Below are positions 50,435 to 63,394 of a stretch of DNA of 64,000 nt, one piece after another. The DNA lies in assembly GCF_040938485.1 (NCBI RefSeq), contig NW_027271768.1:248001-312000 (forward strand), given 5' to 3'. The position numbers and the translations under genes were made by a program. The notes beneath the pieces were generated by a model that saw only the letters and a program-made list of their open reading frames with translations, was not told the origin of the DNA and made no database searches. The stretch comes from Diadema antillarum. Taxonomy: Eukaryota. The stretch's first letter is position 1. Each line of letters begins with the position of its first letter.

Positions 50435-51384
50435 TTTCCTAATATGCACAGGAGTGTTTTGATCCCTTCGCACCTTCTGCTCCTCCAGAAATAAACGTGA
50501 CGGAGGGAAACTTTATCTGCAACAAGGTGTAAATGGGAGCCTGTAAAATTAGATGATATTTAACTGATAATCTGTGAAATCATGACAAAATAACTGCATG
50601 CAGAAATTAGGAGATACATCGAAAAGGGAATTTGCAGTATCATAATATAATTTGTCATTAAAGACATATTACATAAATGATGCCATAATCATAAACGAAG
50701 ACCTATGCATTAAAGGACAATTGTGAACCAGGAATAATTTGATTTCCAATAAAGATAAACAATTTGCATACGTATAATAAAGGAATGTTACAAAATGTAG
50801 CCATGACTACTCGTAAATTGCAATGTCACAAATTTCACCCCTTCCTCTGTGTTGTTATACAACGATATCAATGTTGGAATTTTGCTTCCTATGTGAAAGA
50901 TTGTCGTTACTGTTGATGTTTTTAAAGCAGATCATTCAAATGACACGGGAAAGCGTTAGATTTACTTTGCATTTGTATGGCATTTATCCCGGCTAAATAT
51001 CATTAAAACACTCACCAATGAAACACTTGCAAATCGTTGAACCTATGAATTGTCTGTAGGACATAGTCTGCTTTTGCTAGATAAATTCCATACAATGACA
51101 TCACAAGTATCAGTCGTGTTCCGCGAGTCTCGGTAGGTTTTCTATATAAAAAGAAAAAAAGGTTTTCTCCTCTCCTTATGTTGCACTAATCTTTTCTGTG
51201 ACGTCGGAAATTTTAATAACTAGGGCTGGCTTGTAAAACTATATGTGCAATTTCATGAAATATTCAGGTTTAACATCCTTGAATGGGCAATTTAAACCAA
51301 TATCTTTGTATAGCTTTAACAAAAGTGAATAATTTGTAATATATAATGGAAGGTACGCACTTGTTTTGAATGCCTCGGAGGTAA

Positions 51385-51387
<3 letters not shown>

Positions 51388-51431
<44 letters not shown>
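51388..51431. repeat. (CT)n microsatellite
   Basis: Directly visible. Confidence 0.95.
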
Positions 51432-51435
<4 letters not shown>

Positions 51436-51827
51436 CTCGCTGTTCATTGAAAACAGGAATTCTATTTCCCAGATGTGCATTCAAGCCCCAATACAAATAC
51501 ACACGCGCTCACAAATACTCAAGGAATTATACAGTGCTGTAATACCCACAAAAACATTGCTTTAGGCTTTATGATTTCATCAATGATTCGACAACTCCCC
51601 CCCACACACACGCGCACACACACGCACACACGCACACACACACACACACACACACTATTTTTTCCACAGAAAAGGACACCTGCCGCCAGAGTGCCGCCAG
51701 TAAAATCCATCAAATAGCATCATAAAAAAAAAACTAACCACAACAGAAAATTGATGATTATTGGTCAGATGGAGATGAGCACACCACATAGGACAAGGGT
51801 AAACTCTCAGGCGCTAGGGTCTTTTTA

Positions 51828-51896
51828 TTACGTCACTTCTTCTAGCCAATCGTATTCGACACACACTCCAGATTCACAATTAGAGATGTATAAATA
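51828..51896 (+). promoter_or_regulatory. Possible Pol II promoter (CRE-like TTACGTCA, CCAAT, TATAAATA) ~1.1 kb upstream of the GPCR
   Basis: TTACGTCA at 51828-51835, CCAAT at 51846-51850 and TATAAATA at 51889-51896 in canonical order. Short motifs, so it could be chance. Confidence 0.3.
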
Positions 51897-53035
51897 CTGT
51901 CGGTCGACCAATGTAGTCGGAGTTTTGGTATATATCCTTATTACATTGTGTCAGGAAAGGAATACATTTTGTCTTGAGTGTTTATAACCATTGACTTTGC
52001 ACAGAAGTTCATTATGTCAATGCCGTCTCTATTGGGTAGGATATTCCAGACAAGAAGTTTAAAAGGAACATTTTAATTAGCACATCATATACATCGAAAC
52101 GGGTTCCAGTCATAATCCATGAGGCTTGACTCGACGTCGGCGAGCGGGACTGCAAGGCAGGGGCGAATACCGATACGAGGAACGTCGCTAGCATATTGAG
52201 GGCCGAACCTGCTGACGATCTGCGAGGTTTACCTGGCAACACATCGGCGCTGCACCAGCTTCTGAGGAGGGACCCGAACCCGGAACCCGGACATTCAAAG
52301 CTAGAAGTTACGTGTTTATCTATATTTTATATTGTATTTGATATTTTCATATCAAAACTTCAACGTTGTACCCACAACCAAAACTCGCTTATCAAAAACG
52401 TTGATTTAACTTTACTTGATCTGTTTCGATTGGAATGTTTATGAGTCAACGTAGAAGAATAAATAACAAAAAGGTCGGTCATGTGACACATTGTAATACA
52501 AGAACACCGTAATCACAATTTTCGAGCCTAAATGATCGTGTACGACGCAGTTTACAATGCACCGAATTCATTTACATGTATTATTTTGCCATTGAGGTGG
52601 GACTCTAAGTTAGTTTTAAGTTAGTTTAGAGTTTGAGATTTAAGGGAATTTTCAACGACATTTAGAGTGGTGAGCTGGGCTACCACGGACAAGGAGCAAG
52701 TTAATATCACGGTTGAATGTCAGTCATAGTCAACGTGTCTCTCATCTCCATATAACCATAGACGGTGATATCGGCACTGTATCCCTTGTTCAATTAATTT
52801 TACGTTTCGAATACAGTTGATATAAGAACATCGAGGACAAATTTACTAATATTCTGAGCAATCAAATGAGATCTCCTCTCTGCACCCATCACATCTAAGG
52901 TCATTGGCCAGCTTGATACTGCAAGCTTGGTAACACCCAAGTATTTTTATCATCGAATAAATCGTACACCTGTATAGATTTTGGCAAGGTCTCTTTATTA
53001 TTGGAAGCGTCATCGTCCATCGAAAATTTGTTGCC

Positions 53036-54136
53036 ATGTTTTTAAGCGATTTCGCGATCGTGCGTTTGACAATCGGGAGTTTAGCTATCGGTTTCGGGAT
53101 TCCTGGCAATATGATCATCATCGTTGTCTTTACCCAGCAGTCAATCAGCAATGCCACTGACGTCGCCTTCATCGCCCTTGCCGTAGTCGACCTCGTTGGG
53201 AGTATGATCAGTGGTGTGAAAATAGCCGCCGTCTTTTTCCACGATGAGCACCAATGGGCTTGCTTCATTGAGGTCATTGGCTCAAGATCTCCTCTTTTCG
53301 CAAGTCTGTTACTAACGACGTCTATTGCGGCATATCGCCACCGAGCCGTGTGTAATCCGTTCGGAAAACGTGTCGGACGTCGGGCTGCTACCTGGCTTTC
53401 TCTTACGTGCACCGTCGTCGCGTTTTCTGTACATGTACCGTTCTTTTTCATCACGACGTCGTACAAGTTGGGCCGCGAGTATTTCTGCAATGTATACGGA
53501 AACATTGCATGGGTGCAGAATGTCTACGCCCGATCACAGGCGGTTCTCTTCTGCGCCTCCGCCTTACCTGTCACTGTGCTCTATGCCTTGATTTTAAAGC
53601 ACATCCGATATTACCAAGGAATCCGTCGTGAAATACTAAGTGATAAATTTGCTTCCGAACGTACGAGCAAATCAGAAACAGTAGGAGCTGTCTCCTGTAT
53701 AAGCAAGAGCATCGATATGGCCTGTAACTCATCAGACCCTCCATCGAACAATTTCTCATCCAATTCCATGGGCAGTGATACGGCAAATATCAAACCGTGT
53801 CCACCACATCCGTCGGATATGAAAGAACCGGCAAGTCGGCAGAACCTCGACCAGGCTCAAACTAGATCCAGAAACGTTCGGAAATCGGATCACAAGACTA
53901 CACAGATGCTAATAGTCATCACGGCCGTATTATTTCTCCTCTGGCTGCCTAGTGTCGTGCTCGATCAGCTCTCCATCGCACAAATCAGCTATATCGGCAG
54001 CATTATGCCAAGGGGAGTACTTTACTTTCTCTATCAGGTCAAATATGTCAGTCACATCACTAATCTTTTCGTTTACATAGCCGTTAATAGACGTTTCAGA
54101 GATAATTGCAAGAAACTGTTTCTCTGTCCGAAATAG
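53036..54136 (+). CDS. Intronless rhodopsin-family (class A) GPCR, 366 aa, orphan/chemoreceptor-like
   Basis: Seven hydrophobic segments; TM1 GIPGN, TM2 LAVVD, TM3 end SIAAYRHRAVCNP (DRY position = YRH), long ICL3, TM6 LLWLP, TM7 NLFVY, helix 8 RRFRDNCKKLF. ATG in GCCATG context with an upstream in-frame TAA at 52958-52960. Confidence 0.88.
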   Translation: MFLSDFAIVRLTIGSLAIGFGIPGNMIIIVVFTQQSISNATDVAFIALAVVDLVGSMISGVKIAAVFFHDEHQWACFIEVIGSRSPLFASLLLTTSIAAYRHRAVCNPFGKRVGRRAATWLSLTCTVVAFSVHVPFFFITTSYKLGREYFCNVYGNIAWVQNVYARSQAVLFCASALPVTVLYALILKHIRYYQGIRREILSDKFASERTSKSETVGAVSCISKSIDMACNSSDPPSNNFSSNSMGSDTANIKPCPPHPSDMKEPASRQNLDQAQTRSRNVRKSDHKTTQMLIVITAVLFLLWLPSVVLDQLSIAQISYIGSIMPRGVLYFLYQVKYVSHITNLFVYIAVNRRFRDNCKKLFLCPK

Positions 54137-56688
54137 TTCAACTCCTCTTTTATTTTCGACTCGCATACAGAAGATCAGACCAAACGCAATACGCATTATA
54201 TGTGTGCGACAACGTTAATGTTGCCTCACACCTCTTCAATAATGGTTATACCGAAAATTCGACGATTTATCAAAAGCCCCTCCCTTTCAATGTTTTCGAT
54301 CGTTGTATTAGGAGAAGTGTATATGTGCACATGATGGGAAGGACGAAACGATCAATTGTGACCCTGCACGATAAAAGTAACAAGTCATTAGACATGTATT
54401 TGGAAGTTAAGGGCAGATTCGGGAAGAGCAGATTTTAAGCTTTAAAATGATTTTTAACTTCAATCTCATGGACTCTCCTAACCTATCTCGATATTGGACA
54501 GAAAACATGCACTCTGGAAAAGTGTGTACTGAGAAAAGAGGCTCTAAAGTATATTGTATAGGGTCTATTCAAGTGCTTAATTCTACCACGCTGTGCTCTG
54601 TGCAATGGAACAGTAAAGGATGTAAACCCCATAGCAACAACAGCGAAGGAATTATAAATCTAAGCTGAATTTGAGCATGTTTTATCAAGACATTACGTCC
54701 ATGAATAACATCAACTTTCAAAGCAGTAGCATTGTCCTTTCAAAATCTATTAGAGTTGAAATTGAAGAGTGTGTCAAGGGTTTTTAAGATATTAACAGAT
54801 TCCTCTCAGATATGTTTCATCACATTATTCTACAAAAAAAAAAGTTCTTAATTTTCCATTCGTTTTATGACAAAAAAACATCAGAATATTGCTGAAGAAT
54901 TATTCTTTCAGAAAATACGAAAATTCAAGATTTGACGAGGCTGACCCGTTTCACCTATTTGGAGTGCTTACGCTAAATCAGTGCTTGTGACTTTTTGTCG
55001 GTTGTGATGCACGGTCATAACTATTGTTAACAAATTCATTTCGAAAAAAAAATGTATGCATTTACATGGAAAACATGTGAGTAAGATCAGTGCAACCTCA
55101 TATGATTTACAAAATTAAGACATAAAACATGAAGAGGTTTATTTCCACAACTTTTTAAAGATTTAATTCAATTCACAACTTCTACCGTTTTGTTTTAATA
55201 GTTCATTGTTTGTCAGCTAGGTCATTGCGTGGTGGTTCACAATGCTTAATGAAAATAACTCAGATTGTGAAATAGAAACATGTAAATTGATTCATTATAA
55301 CTCTCTATTATGACTTCATTATGTATTGTACACGAAGGGTCGACGCAAATACAATTCATGATTGGATTCATCACGGTAATGTCACAATTTTACAACAACA
55401 AAAAAACTTAATCTTTAAAAACATGGACACATTCTTCGTGCGTTGACAACATCAGGAAATAGCCGCAAATATCTCATCAAAATGGAGGTATAGATGCCAC
55501 CGACATAATTATTCATGTGAAAATTATCATCAACGTTTATACGTGACATTCAAAGAGAATGACTAACATCGATATTTGCCAATGTCGTCTGGAGATCAAA
55601 TATGGGAAAAATCCATACAATTATGCCTCCAAGAACGGAACAAGTTAACCTCAGACTGAACTAATTATACTATCTCTGTTACTAACACATTATAGTTACT
55701 ATAATTAGATAGGTACAGAACGGTCGTATAGTTTGATATCTGAGACAGTTACTTGGAGGGTTACGGCTCTCTATCATGTTTACCATTATTTTCTTTTACC
55801 CTTTGCTAGACAAATAAAGCTAAGACTTTTATCTTTTGAAAGCATGGAGCTTTGACGACTTAATAAAAAATTGCGAAACAGATTTGGGAAATGGAACGTG
55901 GCTGCCTGGACAAGATTTTTGTGTCTTTGTGTGTGTGTGTGTGTGTGTGTGTGAGAAAGAGAGGAAATTGTCGATTTTTGTCTGCAGAATATCAAGACAT
56001 TTAATCTAGCAGTTTGTTCCTATCATGCTTGTATGCATTTTAATGATAACGTCGACTGTTTCAATGCGCATAAACATTGGCACAATACGGCAGTGAAGAA
56101 TGGGAAAAAATATAAAATGTTTTAAAAAATGAATTCTAAAGTTCCGCTAGCACCATGACTGGATAGAAAAAATACAACATTTCGTGATGTTTAAAATTGA
56201 CAACGATGTTAAGAAATGTATTGATAACTCTACAAAATGTTACTTTTTACACGGTGTTTTATGAAAATGACAGATTCCTGCCACTGTTTACTGACATAGA
56301 TTGAGGATAATCATTGATCCCCCTGCCTTCTGAAAACGGTAAAACAAGTTACACACTGTTTGCCAATACAAATGAAACGAATACAAATGAAACAATAAAG
56401 GATAGCGGAAACTTAATATTACACAACATGAACATACACACACACACCCACACGTACATACGCGCACACACACAAATACAAAAGAAAACCCGTGACTTTC
56501 ACAGGTTCTCTCGTCTAGACAGTCCCCTCCACAGACTCTCCTAGTCTTTATCCTCGGCCCCTAACAAGAAGTTTCACTTTGCAACTACCAATGGTGCATC
56601 ACCAGACAACCTAACAAAACTCAATCATACACGGTGAGGTGTTCGTTGAGTGTTAAAGATACATCCACAAGTGCAAGCTATAAAGTCT

Positions 56689-56830
56689 NNNNNNNNNNNN
56701 NNNNNNNNNNNNNNNNNNNNNNNNNNNNNNNNNNNNNNNNNNNNNNNNNNNNNNNNNNNNNNNNNNNNNNNNNNNNNNNNNNNNNNNNNNNNNNNNNNNN
56801 NNNNNNNNNNNNNNNNNNNNNNNNNNNNNN
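56689..56830. other. Assembly gap (N run)
   Basis: 142 N. Confidence 1.
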
Positions 56831-59800
56831 TGTACTGTCCTTCTGCGTCTTCAAATCATCGAAAAATAAATCCTTAAGAAAAGTATGAAAGGTAAATTTG
56901 AAACATCCAACAGAGTTGTTATACTCACCAATTCATATTGATGTATTTCAGATGAGAAGAAACAAACATGCATAATTATCCTGCACATGGTACAAAATCG
57001 CCCTAAAACTTAATCCCTGTATTAATACAAGTGTAACTTGTTGAAAACTTTCGATGAGTTAAGAAATACGTTTGTATTCAGATTAACTTCAATAAATTAA
57101 AACGTGTTTCAACCAAAAGGGTTTTAGTTACCAATGTTAACATGCCTCAAATAAAAAAAAAACAACCTTTAGTAGCAAAAAAAAAAAAGTTGTGTAGATA
57201 TAGTGTTTTCAACCGTAGCGATTTCGTGTCCCCCCCCCCCCCCATTTTGATTCACGGTTTATATATTGTTATGTCTCTTAGTATGTCATTTTATCTCATG
57301 ATGCACAGAAATGAGGAATAGCAGCCGTGTTGGTTTAATTATATGTGATGTATAAATGGAATGAAATGAAGTGAAGAAAACTAAAGTTCTTTGTGTGCTC
57401 GTGCGTATGTCAAGGTAAAACGGTAACGACACGGAGGGAATATGAGGAATAATTCAGGAAAAAAACCCTTCATTCCGAGTTAGAATCCTGCTGTAAATTC
57501 TGAGAGAGAGAGAGGGGGGGGAGGTGATAGAGAAAGAAGAAGAGATATGAAAATTCTGAAGAGACAGTGCCTAAGAGATACATCCCTCAAATCAATGTAT
57601 AGAGGTTTAATTACACTTTGGATGCATTCAAGCAAAATCAATTTAAAATCTAAATTAAGACACATCTCCTCCATAGATCCTAGAGCTTTGAAACAGCAGA
57701 ATGGCCTGGAGTTAGTGGACACAAAATGGATATTGATTTTTGTGGGGAGAAAAACAATGTTTAGCTTTTTCTGACCTAATGCAAGTTTTTTTTTTTTTTT
57801 GTTGCCCATTGTTTGGAAAAAGAAGAGCGAAGAAAACCCGAGAACTTATTGTCACATAAGCGATGTCAGCAAATGCGATGGAAGAGCAGGCTCATTTTCT
57901 TTCAACTACAAGACTTGATAATGCTTCTTGCATTAGGGCATTCACCGATGAAATTCTTTGTGTTCAAACTTTTCCAGCATCCCTCTATTTGACAAACACA
58001 CTATTGAAAGGCTACGAGATTTTCAGCTCTGAAGTTAATTGTTAGGATATTTCCCCGACTCTCTAGCAATCTTCCTACTTTCGCTTAATATCAAAGGGGA
58101 AAAAGGACCTTTCACAGAGAAAGAAAGGGTCGTCTATAGAATGTGTGCATTTTTCCATTCTAAAAGGTATAAATATACACATGGCAATCGTTTACGATCG
58201 CCTGAAAGAGAGCTGTAGGTTAAATAGAGAGAGCAGTAAATGCCTCGTTTTTTCACATAATGTACACAAAGTGGACATTTGGATGATATGTTTGAAATTT
58301 GGAATAATTTTACCACTTCGTAACACCTATAGCCACAAAAGCCTCATGAAGATTCTAAATTAATTTATTCATTTGGTTTTTGTTTTTCTTTGCCTATTTT
58401 GTAAGACATGCAGCCAACTCGTGCACGAGAGTGAGCAGCAAAATACAATACGTTAATTAAAAAATAAACAAACAAACAAACGCATCATGACGGTTCATTT
58501 AAAATCCGACAAGCTTATCAACTTTAGCTTTGAAATTTGTTTTCTAGGTTGAAAGAAGTTTTGATATTGAAATTTCTCGATGTTGATGAATGTTTTTGTT
58601 CTCTTACCTGCCAAAATCATGTTTGCAGTTGCATTTATAGCAGAGAAACGTGCAGTCAGGTCTTTGATATTGTATTTTTGTTTGTTTGTGTGTTTGTTTG
58701 CTTAATTTATTGTTTATTGAGTAAATTAGATTTTGAACAAATCTGGTGAGGGTCGTATAAAAACAAATACATTTGCTATCGATGAATAACAACTGCAAAA
58801 TTAAAATGGACCGTGGATAGCAATAACTTCCATTATTATCTTTCATTTGATGTTTGTGATTGAAAGCCGAGGGATGAGGTGGTTTCAATGGAATGAGAAA
58901 TAAACATAATTGAACGTTTTCTAAGGATCCTTTCATATACTTCCTCAGACTATGTAGATGGATTATATACATATATTACATATATTCATAATTTCACAAA
59001 TGATAAGCATTCACACTCGTTTAAATGTATGCGTGTGATGCACATGAATATAAAATGTCAATATGCTTATATCATACAGATAATTGACATAAATATGGAT
59101 GTTTGTCAAAAAAAAGCTTTCTCCCTTAATGAAATAAATTTCTGTTTTTCAGTCTAAGGTATTGATATATGTCTTCAGACTTAATGGATTGTAGGGGAAT
59201 ATTGCGAACATAATTTTTGTTGAACAATGGGTATCTTAACCTCTGACTATGTCTTTATTAGAACCAGTAAGATTAATGAGCCATGAAGGACGGACTGAAA
59301 TGACTTTTATATGCTTGCTTTTTACTCAACATCTCTTGATTTTTTTCTTCTTTCGGCCAGTTATATCACCAAGTTGATCATATCACTGTAATTAATAGAG
59401 GAAGAAGACTGAAATGTATAGTTCGTAACATTGAATAGAAAATTCTCAAGGATGGCACTTAAATGGATATTCATTGTCCCTCACCACAGAAAGGTTACCG
59501 ACAAAGAAAAAATGGATTCTTATTGAAATTCTGACGGTTTAGAGATGAAAATTGCAGAGCAGTCTTGAGCGAACATCGAATCATTGAATATTGAGAAGTA
59601 TTTGAGGACGAGACTTTTCACGATGTCATTGCCCTGTATAAGTCTCCCATAGGTCTCCACAATAAACCGCCATAAATTCATTGAGAAATTGTGTATTAAA
59701 ATTTCTCTGTAATATATCTCTTTAATCATTTGTTTATCAATCCACATCTTTTAACAGCGAGAGACACTCTATTCAGTTCCCTGTCCTGTATGCATGCAGT

Positions 59801-62246
59801 GTAGGCCTGTTACACGGAGACGTACTCGGAAGACTTGCAAGTGTAGCTAAATATTTTTGATTTGATTTATTGGTTCCTGCAGTATCATTGTACATGTACA
59901 TACATGTGGATTGTATATATACACATTGTTGGTGCCATACATATGCATAAATATAACAAAATAGTTTGGTTTTCAGTGCCTTTACAACGAATATCAAAAC
60001 GTATCGGCGATAACAATAAATAATCCAGAAGGACTATACTATACAGCTTAATGGTAACTTGATTTGCTTGCAACGCTCATATATAATACGTATCGGGGAA
60101 AAACAAAGAAATGAAAGACCTGTAGGCTGATAGGATATAGAAGAGAGGAAACAGGAAAGGAGAGGTCTGTCCGGTTTTATTATAAAAGTTTACACAAAGT
60201 AAGATCATCTGGATTACTGATCAGCAGGGCATGACAAAATATTTTCTCATGGAGGTACAGATGAACAGTTGCAGGTCGTGGTTGCTCACATGGTTTCGTA
60301 AGAGTTAAGTGCGGAGATATTTCCACGAAGGGATTTCATGGATAGTACACTTACAATTACGAAATCAATTATATTCAAAGAGCACCACGGTTTTTACAGC
60401 TATATAAAAGAGTACATGGACTTTTAATCTCTTTTTCAGAAGTAAGAAATTTGTAAATATCGGTTCTGTCGTGTCTGAAAGATTTCAGAGAAATCGCCGT
60501 TTTAGGTTTACTCAAATAGAATGTGTCATATTGTCTTATTGGATAAAAATGTATGTGCTTGTTTGAATTAAATAATCAGAAAAAAAAGAAACGGCAACTG
60601 ACCGTTATGTAAGCGAAACACAAAAAATGAGATTGCATCTACTTTAAACTGTGTAACCGGGGATAGTTGCTCCCTGTCTTATCAAAATTACTTTGAGAAG
60701 CACATTTTCCTAAATTACTAAACATTGCATTAAACTCGATTCCTTTTTTTATGGGGGGGGGGGGGAGAGAGCAGTCGTCAATTCACCTTCTACTGTTATG
60801 TTCAACACAGTACTCGATTTCTTATCGTCAGGTAATATTCAATTGTAAAATTTCCACCCTTTTTCCGGTCATTGCTGAATCATTAGTATATAGTTAATCA
60901 CGATAGTATGCTCACTTTTACCACTTATTCATATTGTTAGTTTTTCTTACTGAAATACTCATATTGATCCCAGTCCTTGGAATCCTTTCTTTTGTTAAAT
61001 TTCCAATTATGAAAATATCTTTCTCTGGCAATTTCCAGATACTGACTATTTATCCAGAGTGATCTTTTATCTTTCTTACAAACTGTCATATATCGTGTCA
61101 TCGTCTTGTGGCAACTGATGCAATTCATGTATTCAATATCTGTGATATACACGCAGCAAAAAAAAAAAAGAAGAAAGTAAACGCTTTTTCAATTTTATAT
61201 TTCTCATAGAATATTTGGCTGAAAGGTGATATATTATATACCATATTAAAGGTAATTTAATTGGCTATTGACCTGGTAGGTCAACAAAAAGAGGAACGTT
61301 ACGCATGAGTGAACACCTTTGTTTATATCTTCCAGGACACAAAAGTAAAAATTGCAAAACTGAACAAGTTGTCATTCATGCGTATGTGCTCTCCCATAGA
61401 ACAATAAGAACAAACAGCAAATTTCACACAAAAGGAAACATGAATTAGGCTGCAAAAATAAATCTTTGATCTCTATGATATCTTTTAAGCCGAAATGATC
61501 AACGAAGGCTAAAAATAAAGGAGGAAAATGAAGAATCTTATGTGAAATCTAAATTCAAATGGAATAAAAAAAGATGTAATGGTAGAAATTGTTTCTTTTA
61601 AAATAAGGAAATTGTAAATAAGATTTGGTTGTTGAGTTTGTCTCATGAATTCTTAAACTACTAGATTAACAGAAATAGATAAAAAATTCTGCTCATTTTA
61701 TCATCTGTATGCTTATTATTTCCTATGTCCTTTGAAGTTTGACTTGAGAGAAAATTCTTATTTTTCCCCTTTAATTTCCCATTTTGATTTTCTTAGAGGT
61801 TATAAAGAGATAAAGAGAATGAAAACTTGTTTTTGCTATTTCACTCATGTCTCTCATTGTGTTAAACTGGTCTTTTGTTGTCAATGTTATTGTGAAGAGT
61901 ATTTGCCAATGAAAGAGAACATGTCAATTTTTGCCATTTTTGATTTTGTGCTTTGAAGGACAAAAACGAATGTGCTCACTCATGCGTAAAGTTTTCTTTT
62001 TAATCAACCTATGTGCTTAATAACCAATTAAATCACCTTTAATATGGTGCATAATACATTGATTTTCATCGCAATCTTCTATGTAAAATATTACCTCGAA
62101 AAAGTGTTTACCTTCTTTTTTCGCTGAGTGTATTTATATTTGTATGTTTCTTTTGGAAGCAGAATGAATGAATGAATTAATGAATGAATGAATTTATGTT
62201 TTCAATTTCCTTAAAATATTCATATGATTCGAATATTTCATGTTAC

Positions 62247-62398
62247 NNNNNNNNNNNNNNNNNNNNNNNNNNNNNNNNNNNNNNNNNNNNNNNNNNNNNN
62301 NNNNNNNNNNNNNNNNNNNNNNNNNNNNNNNNNNNNNNNNNNNNNNNNNNNNNNNNNNNNNNNNNNNNNNNNNNNNNNCTGTGCCTTGCGAATCATTC
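62247..62398. other. Assembly gap (N run)
   Basis: 152 N. Confidence 1.
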
Positions 62399-62848
62399 TG
62401 TGAAGTACTAATATAGTGTCTCCGATCGTCCCTAGTCCTGATATAACTGTCAACTTAACTACCATAACGAGATATCTATTTATTTCTGGTGGGTCCAATG
62501 CTCTTCTGCTGGTTCCTCTGCTTTTATTGCTGCATTTTTGATAGGGACAAAACGCGTGTATGTTTGTGTACCTATACTTGATAACCTTCTTTTAATTGAG
62601 GACGAATAAAGCACCTATAAACTACATTTGATATCATTTTGCATAACTCTATAATCGCAATTCCCGTTTCAATTTTCGATTCCACAATATTAATACCAAA
62701 AATTTGTTCCTTATACGTTTGCCTGGTTCGTAAAATTCTTTCATTAGTCACATCGTTTCGTGATACTGAATCAGCCACTAAACATAATCATGTAAACAAG
62801 TTTCGATTTTCATAACTTACATCTACAGCTACTCAATAAACTATACAC

Positions 62849-63169
62849 CAGGGCTCGACATTAACGGTGGCCCGGTGGCCCTGGGTCAGCAAAAATGAAA
62901 GGCGGGAAACCAAATTTCAATAAAGTTCAAATTTGGTGGCCCGCCTCGGGCCACCAAAATTTTTTGAAAAGTAGGGGGCCTATGTTAATAAATTCGTAAC
63001 TTTTTGTGCCGGAAATGCATAAATGCATGTAGTGAGTGTGTGACTCATTAGAAAAGTTTTTTAGTTTTTTTCGGGCCAACAAATTTTTCTCTCGGGCCAC
63101 CAAAAATTTGAAATTAATGATTTTGGTGGCCCCATCGGGCCACAAAAAAAAAGTTAGTGTGGAGCCCTG
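62849..63169. mobile_element. hAT-like MITE
   Basis: TIR CAGGGCTCGACATTAAC / GTTAGTGTGGAGCCCTG with repeated GGTGGCCC / GGGCCACC subterminal motifs. Flanks share ATACAC (imperfect duplication). Confidence 0.65.
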
Positions 63170-63312
63170 AATACACTCAAAGAAAGGAATATAAAAATAT
63201 GAATGCATCCATGGATTTTGACCCTCAGCTGTCTCGCATTCGTGATGGTCACTTGACTAAATGGAAAGGTCACATGACTATGAAATGGAAAGGTCATTTT
63301 GTCTGAAATATC

Positions 63313-63394
63313 ATGCTCACTGTCGGCGCACAACACACTCAAGATCGCACTGTACTCTACACCATACCACTGGATTCCCGACTACTAGCATCAG
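63313..63394 (+). other. Orphan SDR-type non-coding first exon (sixth copy, or displaced 5' end of copy D)
   Basis: GCTCACTG...AAGATCGCACTG...GGATTCCCGACT...CAG|GTAAG, plus a homologous upstream promoter-like segment. No coding exon before the window end. Confidence 0.55.

Noticed and set aside
52846-53505. 219-aa minus-strand ORF (and similar ORFs at 5266-5568, 12612-12926, 21485-21898, 36418-36627)
   Set aside because: These are antisense shadows of real coding sequence (GPCR, SDR exons, LINE ORFs) with no independent motifs.
56689-62398. N-gaps as the explanation for the orientation switch in the SDR array
   Set aside because: The switch lies at ~43.7-45.1 kb in gap-free sequence, so scaffold mis-orientation at these gaps cannot explain it, though a contig mis-join is not excluded.
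54500-62800. Additional genes in the AT-rich distal region
   Set aside because: Only short ORFs without motifs, repeat fragments and simple repeats were seen; no supportable exon chain.
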